Assembly (NCBI RefSeq): GCF_036507355.1
Contig: NZ_AP027877.1
Direction: 5' to 3' (one strand)
Length of the DNA: 64,000 nucleotides
Origin: Escherichia coli
Lineage (GTDB): Bacteria > Pseudomonadota > Gammaproteobacteria > Enterobacterales > Enterobacteriaceae
Of this stretch, positions 59,470 to 64,000 are shown piece after piece; the stretch's first letter is position 1; every line of letters starts with the position of its first letter. A program made the translations under genes and the position numbers. The notes beneath the pieces were generated by a model. It saw nothing but the letters and a program-made list of their open reading frames with translations. It was not told the origin of the DNA and did no database searches.

Positions 59470-61083
59470 TCAATGCTTCACAATATACATAGTCCGACTG
59501 TACGCCACATCTTCAGGGTTATTAATGGGATAACCTTTCAGCCACGGTTTGATTAATCGTCCATTGGTATATTGATAAATTGGTGCAATCGGTGCTTGCT
59601 CCATGAGGATTTTTTCTGCCGCGTTGTAATCGGCATTACGCGCTTTAACGGTATTTTCCGTCGATGCCTGGGCCAGAACTTTGTCGTATGCCGGATTGTT
59701 AAAGCGTGAAATATTTCCTGAATGCGTTGACGTTAATAATGTCAGGAAAGTGGAGGGTTCATTATAATCCCCCACCCATGAGGCGCGGATAACATCAAAA
59801 TTGCCGGTGTTACGGCTATCGATATAGGTTTTCCATTCCTGATTTTGCAATTTAACATCTACGCCAAGGTTCTTTTTCCACATCGATGCTACAGCAATCG
59901 CAATTTTTTGATGGTTTTCTGAAGTGTTATACAAAAGCGTCAGCTTCAGCGGTTTTTGCGGACCATAACCAGCTGCGCTCAACAAAGTTTTTGCCTGCGC
60001 ATTCAGTTCTTCCTGACTCATTTGTTCAAACGGCGAAGGTTCCGGCGTAAATCCGGCGGTAACATCTGGTGTAAAATGCCACGCTGGCTTTTCGCCCGTC
60101 CCTAATACTTTTTCGGTCATCAGGCGGCGATCTATCGTCATACTTAATGCCAGACGAACGCGCTGATCTGCCGTCGGCCCTTTTTGCGTGTTAAACGCAT
60201 AATAATAGGTCCCGAGCTGCGGCGGCGTATAAACCTGCCCCGGAATATCCTTCAACAGCTTCTGATACATATTTTTCGGGAAGGATTCGGTGATATCAAT
60301 ATCCCCCGCGAGGTAACGCTTAGTGGCTGCGGATTCCTGATTAATTGGCAGGAAGGTCACTTTTTGCAGTACCGTTTTGGCGTTATCCCAATAATGGGTA
60401 TTCGGTACCACGACCAGTTTTTCATTGACTACGCGCTCTTTAAGAACATAAGCGCCATTGCCGATCAGATTTCCGGGTTTCGTCCACTCTTTACCGCTTT
60501 CTACGTTGGCTTTTTGCACCGGGAAGAAGGCAAAGTTAGCGGTTAAATTCACAAACCACGGCAACGGTTTATCAAGCTGAATTTTCAAAGTATGGGCATC
60601 AACTGCGGTGACGCCAAGCTGGTCAGGCGTAGCTTTACCATCAATAATCGCCTGTGCGTTGTTGATTCCCGCCAGCGCGGCAAACCATGCAAATGGCGAT
60701 AGCGTTTTCGGGTCCACCAGACGCTGCCAGCTGTAGACAAAATCTTGCGCCGTTACCGGTGTGCCATCCGCCCATTTTGCGTTATCGCGCAGGGTAAAAG
60801 TCCAGATACGGTTGTCATTACTTTTCCACTGAGTCGCAACGCCGGGGACAATCTCCCCTTTCTCGTTCTGATTCACCAGTCCTTCAAACAGATCGCGAAT
60901 GACCTGAATCTCTGGCAGGCCCACGGCTTTAGCGGGATCCAGCGACGCAGGCTCATCTTTAATGTGGCGCACCAGCTCCTGCTTCTCTGCCAGTACTGTG
61001 CCGCTCGGAACTTCTGCAGCATACGAAAGAGAAATGCTGCTGACCAACAGCGCACAACACGTGACTGAAACAGAGTGCTTCAT
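59470..61083 (-). CDS. mppA: Periplasmic murein tripeptide-binding protein (ABC substrate-binding family 5)
   Basis: About 537-aa ORF from the internal ATG (MKHSVSVTCCALLVSS…), OppA-like. Confidence 0.85.
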   Translation of the reverse strand: MKHSVSVTCCALLVSSISLSYAAEVPSGTVLAEKQELVRHIKDEPASLDPAKAVGLPEIQVIRDLFEGLVNQNEKGEIVPGVATQWKSNDNRIWTFTLRDNAKWADGTPVTAQDFVYSWQRLVDPKTLSPFAWFAALAGINNAQAIIDGKATPDQLGVTAVDAHTLKIQLDKPLPWFVNLTANFAFFPVQKANVESGKEWTKPGNLIGNGAYVLKERVVNEKLVVVPNTHYWDNAKTVLQKVTFLPINQESAATKRYLAGDIDITESFPKNMYQKLLKDIPGQVYTPPQLGTYYYAFNTQKGPTADQRVRLALSMTIDRRLMTEKVLGTGEKPAWHFTPDVTAGFTPEPSPFEQMSQEELNAQAKTLLSAAGYGPQKPLKLTLLYNTSENHQKIAIAVASMWKKNLGVDVKLQNQEWKTYIDSRNTGNFDVIRASWVGDYNEPSTFLTLLTSTHSGNISRFNNPAYDKVLAQASTENTVKARNADYNAAEKILMEQAPIAPIYQYTNGRLIKPWLKGYPINNPEDVAYSRTMYIVKH

Positions 61084-61419
61084 AAGTTTCCCTCTAACCG
61101 ACATTAAAATTGATGCGTAATTATTTGTTTCGCCTTAAAGAAATGCAAACAACTTCCATCAAAAAAGTGACACAGGAAGCATAAAATGTTTTATGTATCA
61201 ATATATTAAATCAGATTTAGTGTAAATAATAGACGCCAAAATGCGGCAAAGCACATAGAACACCGAACACTACGTTCGGGCTTCGCACGTTCAAACCAGT
61301 TTTCGGTATCATAATCAGCATCTGTCGCCATTGTACGAAGAATAAAAAATAACCAAAACGTTGAAAGGAACTGAGAATACGTTAAGAGAAGAATTAAATT
61401 AATGTATCAGCAAGTAGTG

Positions 61420-62319
61420 CTAAACAGCACCTTTATACTTCAGCCTATCTATAAATAATGAGAATGCCGAGCCAGCATGTCGACGGTGTGGATAGTACAG
61501 GTGATAACCGGGTAAATCTGGTGTGAATTTATCCAAAACACGTATCAGTTTTTTTTCTTTAATAGCCCGCTCAACCTGATCATAAGGTAGATACGCCAAT
61601 CCATGCCCATCAATTGCAGCATCAATGATCAGGTCTATCGTATTCAGTAAAAGCTGACCTTCCATGCGAACACGAACTTCACGTCCACCGCGTATTAATC
61701 TCCAGCGATTTGCTGTACCCGATGTGGGAAGATACAAATTAACTGCCTGATGATCTATTAATTGTGACACTGACGTTGGAACACTTCGGCGGGAAAAATA
61801 ATCCGGTGAGCCGACAATAGCCATTGGTATATCTGGCCCGATTCGAATGGCGATCATATCTTTATCCATCTCCCCACCCAGACGGACGCCTGCATCAAAA
61901 CGCTCAGAAACGACATCAGTCAAACCATAATCAATGATAAGCTGAATATCAATTTCAGGGTGTGATTTCAGGAATGTGCGCATGGCTGGTAACAATATCG
62001 TTTTTGCTGCATGTTCTACAGTAGTAATACGTATTGTCCCGGATGGGCGGTTCTGCAGATCGCTCAGGGATGCCAGGGCAGAATCTATGTCATGCAGCAT
62101 AGGGCCAAGAACAGACAAAAGATGCTCGCCCGCTTCAGTGGGTACAACACTGCGCGTGGTTCGCGTCAGAAGCCGCAATCCCAATCGTTCTTCTATACGG
62201 CGCACTATCTGGCTTAAAGCTGACTGCGCCATGCTCAGGCGGGCTGCTGCTCGAGTGAAGCTACGCTCCTCTGCAACGACGACAAACGCCATCAGATCAG
62301 CGATCTCTTCACGCTTCAT
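61420..62319 (-). CDS. pgrR: LysR-family transcriptional regulator
   Basis: 299-aa ORF with N-terminal LysR HTH (…FTRAAARLSMAQSALSQIVRRIEERLG…); symbol from synteny next to mppA. Confidence 0.7.
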   Translation of the reverse strand: MKREEIADLMAFVVVAEERSFTRAAARLSMAQSALSQIVRRIEERLGLRLLTRTTRSVVPTEAGEHLLSVLGPMLHDIDSALASLSDLQNRPSGTIRITTVEHAAKTILLPAMRTFLKSHPEIDIQLIIDYGLTDVVSERFDAGVRLGGEMDKDMIAIRIGPDIPMAIVGSPDYFSRRSVPTSVSQLIDHQAVNLYLPTSGTANRWRLIRGGREVRVRMEGQLLLNTIDLIIDAAIDGHGLAYLPYDQVERAIKEKKLIRVLDKFTPDLPGYHLYYPHRRHAGSAFSLFIDRLKYKGAV

Positions 62320-62424
62320 TCAGTATCTCCATACAATCTATTAATCATTTAAATGATAGGTCTAATCATGATTTTGGGTCTAATCAACTTAATGATCAAT
62401 ATCTATAGTGATATCACCAACCGT

Positions 62425-63653
62425 TGAATCGCCACGGGTTTAACAGACACCTCAGAGTCATTTAAGATGGCTTAAAGAGAGGTGCCCATGAGCGGTAAGC
62501 GTTATCCCGAAGAGTTTAAAATTGAAGCAGTCAAACAGGTTGTTGATCGCGGTTATTCTGTTGCCAGCGTTGCAACACGTCTCGATATCACCACCCACAG
62601 CCTTTACGCCTGGATAAAGAAGTACGGTCCGGATTCTTCCGCTAATAAAGAACAGTCAGATGCTCAGGCCGAGATCCGCCGTCTCCAGAAAGAGCTGAAG
62701 CGGGTTACCGACGAACGGGACATATTAAAAAAAGCCGCGGCGTACTTCGCAAAGCTGTCCGACTGAGGTACGCCTTTATCCGTGACAACACCTGTTGCTG
62801 GCCTGTTCGCCTGCTCTGTCGGGTGCTGGATGTTCATCCCAGTGGTTTTTACGCCTGGCTTCAGCAGCCGCATTCACAACGCCATCAGGCAGACCTGAGG
62901 CTGACAGGGCAGATTAAACAGTTCTGGCTGGAATCGGGATGCGTCTATGGTTATCGCAAAATCCATCTGGATCTGCGGGACAGCGGGCAACAGTGCGGAG
63001 TGAACAGAGTCTGGCGACTGATGAAACGTGTCGGGATAAAGGCTCAGGTCGGATACCGGAGCCCGCGGGCACGTAAAGGCGAGGCCAGTATCGTGTCGCC
63101 CAACAGGCTCCAGCGACAGTTCAATCCGGATGCTCCGGATAAGCGTTGGGTAACGGACATAACCTACATCAGGACCCACGAAGGCTGGCTGTATCTTGCC
63201 GTGGTTGTTGATCTGTTCTCACGCAAAATTATCGGCTGGTCCATGCAATCCCGGATGACAAAGGACATTGTCCTGAACGCACTGCTGATGGCTGTATGGC
63301 GCCGTAATCCCCAAAAACAGGTGCTGGTTCATTCGGATCAGGGCAGTCAGTACACAAGCCATGAGTGGCAGTCGTTCCTGAAATCACACGGCCTGGATGG
63401 CAGCATGAGCCGTCGCGGTAACTGCCATGATAATGCGGTTGCAGAAAGCTTTTTCCAGTTGTTGAAACGCGAACGGATAAAGAAAAAGATCTACGGAACG
63501 CGGGAAGAAGCCCGCAGCGATATTTTTGATTACATCGAAATGTTTTATAACAGTAAGCGTCGGCATGGTTCCAGCGATCAGATGTCACCGACAGAATATG
63601 AAAACCAGTATTATCAACGGCTCGGAAGTGTCTAGATTATCCGTGGCGATTCA
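62425..63653 (+). mobile_element. IS3-family insertion sequence (about 1229 bp), exact IS name not resolved; orfA 62482..62766, orfB 62823..63635
   Basis: Terminal inverted repeats TGAATCGCCACGG … CCGTGGCGATTCA; orfA (HTH) and orfB (DDE transposase) in -1 frame relation with an A7G slippery site at 62726..62733. Confidence 0.8.
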
Positions 63654-63864
63654 TACAATTCTTCGCCCTGCCTGGCTGACGGATGAAGATATTATTGATT
63701 ATGAGCTTACCTCACGCAATGAACCATTCAAAGGTACGATCGTATCACGTAAGAGTGTCGCAGCATTAATTACAGATATCATCGATAAACCTGAGAAACA
63801 CATTGGTGAGAATATAGGCATCAATCAACCCGGGACTGATGGCGATAAGCCATTCTTCATGTAA
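63654..63864 (+). pseudogene. 3' fragment of an unidentified gene truncated by the IS3-family element
   Basis: Open frame (…WLTDEDIIDYELTSRNEPFKGTIVSRKSVAALITDIIDKPEKHIGENIGINQPGTDGDKPFFM*) begins at the IS boundary with no start codon of its own. Confidence 0.4.
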
Positions 63865-64000
63865 ATCAATTATATAGCCACCATCGTACTGTACTATGTG
63901 CAGTACGATTTATTAAACTTATTAAGGTGAACTGATCAATCAGATGCGATTAACATGTGTAGAACCAGTAAGAATAAAATACGCCATGTATATAACATTA

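Overview
Escherichia/Shigella-type chromosomal segment, read by eye without database searches; gene symbols come from recognised protein features plus synteny as I recall the E. coli K-12 map. Left part (1-17.5 kb): ydcI'-trg-hokB/mokB-ydcA-cybB-gapC-aldA-ydcF-hrpA-azoR-ynbDCBA. Then an IS1-scarred region (17.5-22.4 kb) where ydbD and the autotransporter gene ydbA are reduced to fragments bounded by two inverted IS1 copies. Then ydbL-ynbE-ydbH, ldhA, hslJ, ydbJ, ydbK (pyruvate:flavodoxin oxidoreductase), micC sRNA, ompN, uspF. From about 33.96 to 45.17 kb lies a strongly reduced Rac-like prophage integrated in ttcA, bounded by a ~26-bp direct repeat: tail-fibre remnants, an overlapping ParB-like/unknown gene pair, trkG, an IS3 at a deletion junction between rzpR' and recE', intact recT, lar (ralR) split by an IS1 with a perfect 9-bp target duplication, then ydaC-xisR-intR. 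Right part: ttcA, dbpA with a proline-rich upstream small ORF, fnrS, zntB, dgcM, smrA, an AraC-regulator/HlyD/MFS efflux module (MFS frameshifted) where I expected the abg genes, a McaS-like sRNA, ogt, fnr, uspE, ynaJ, ynaI, mppA, a LysR regulator and a further IS3-family element. No CRISPR array, rRNA or tRNA was seen. The candidates I rank highest for unexplored biology are the ParB-like/unknown pair in the prophage, the poorly characterised ynbABCD lipid-enzyme operon, and the proline-rich leader-like ORF upstream of dbpA; none is a demonstrated new system.
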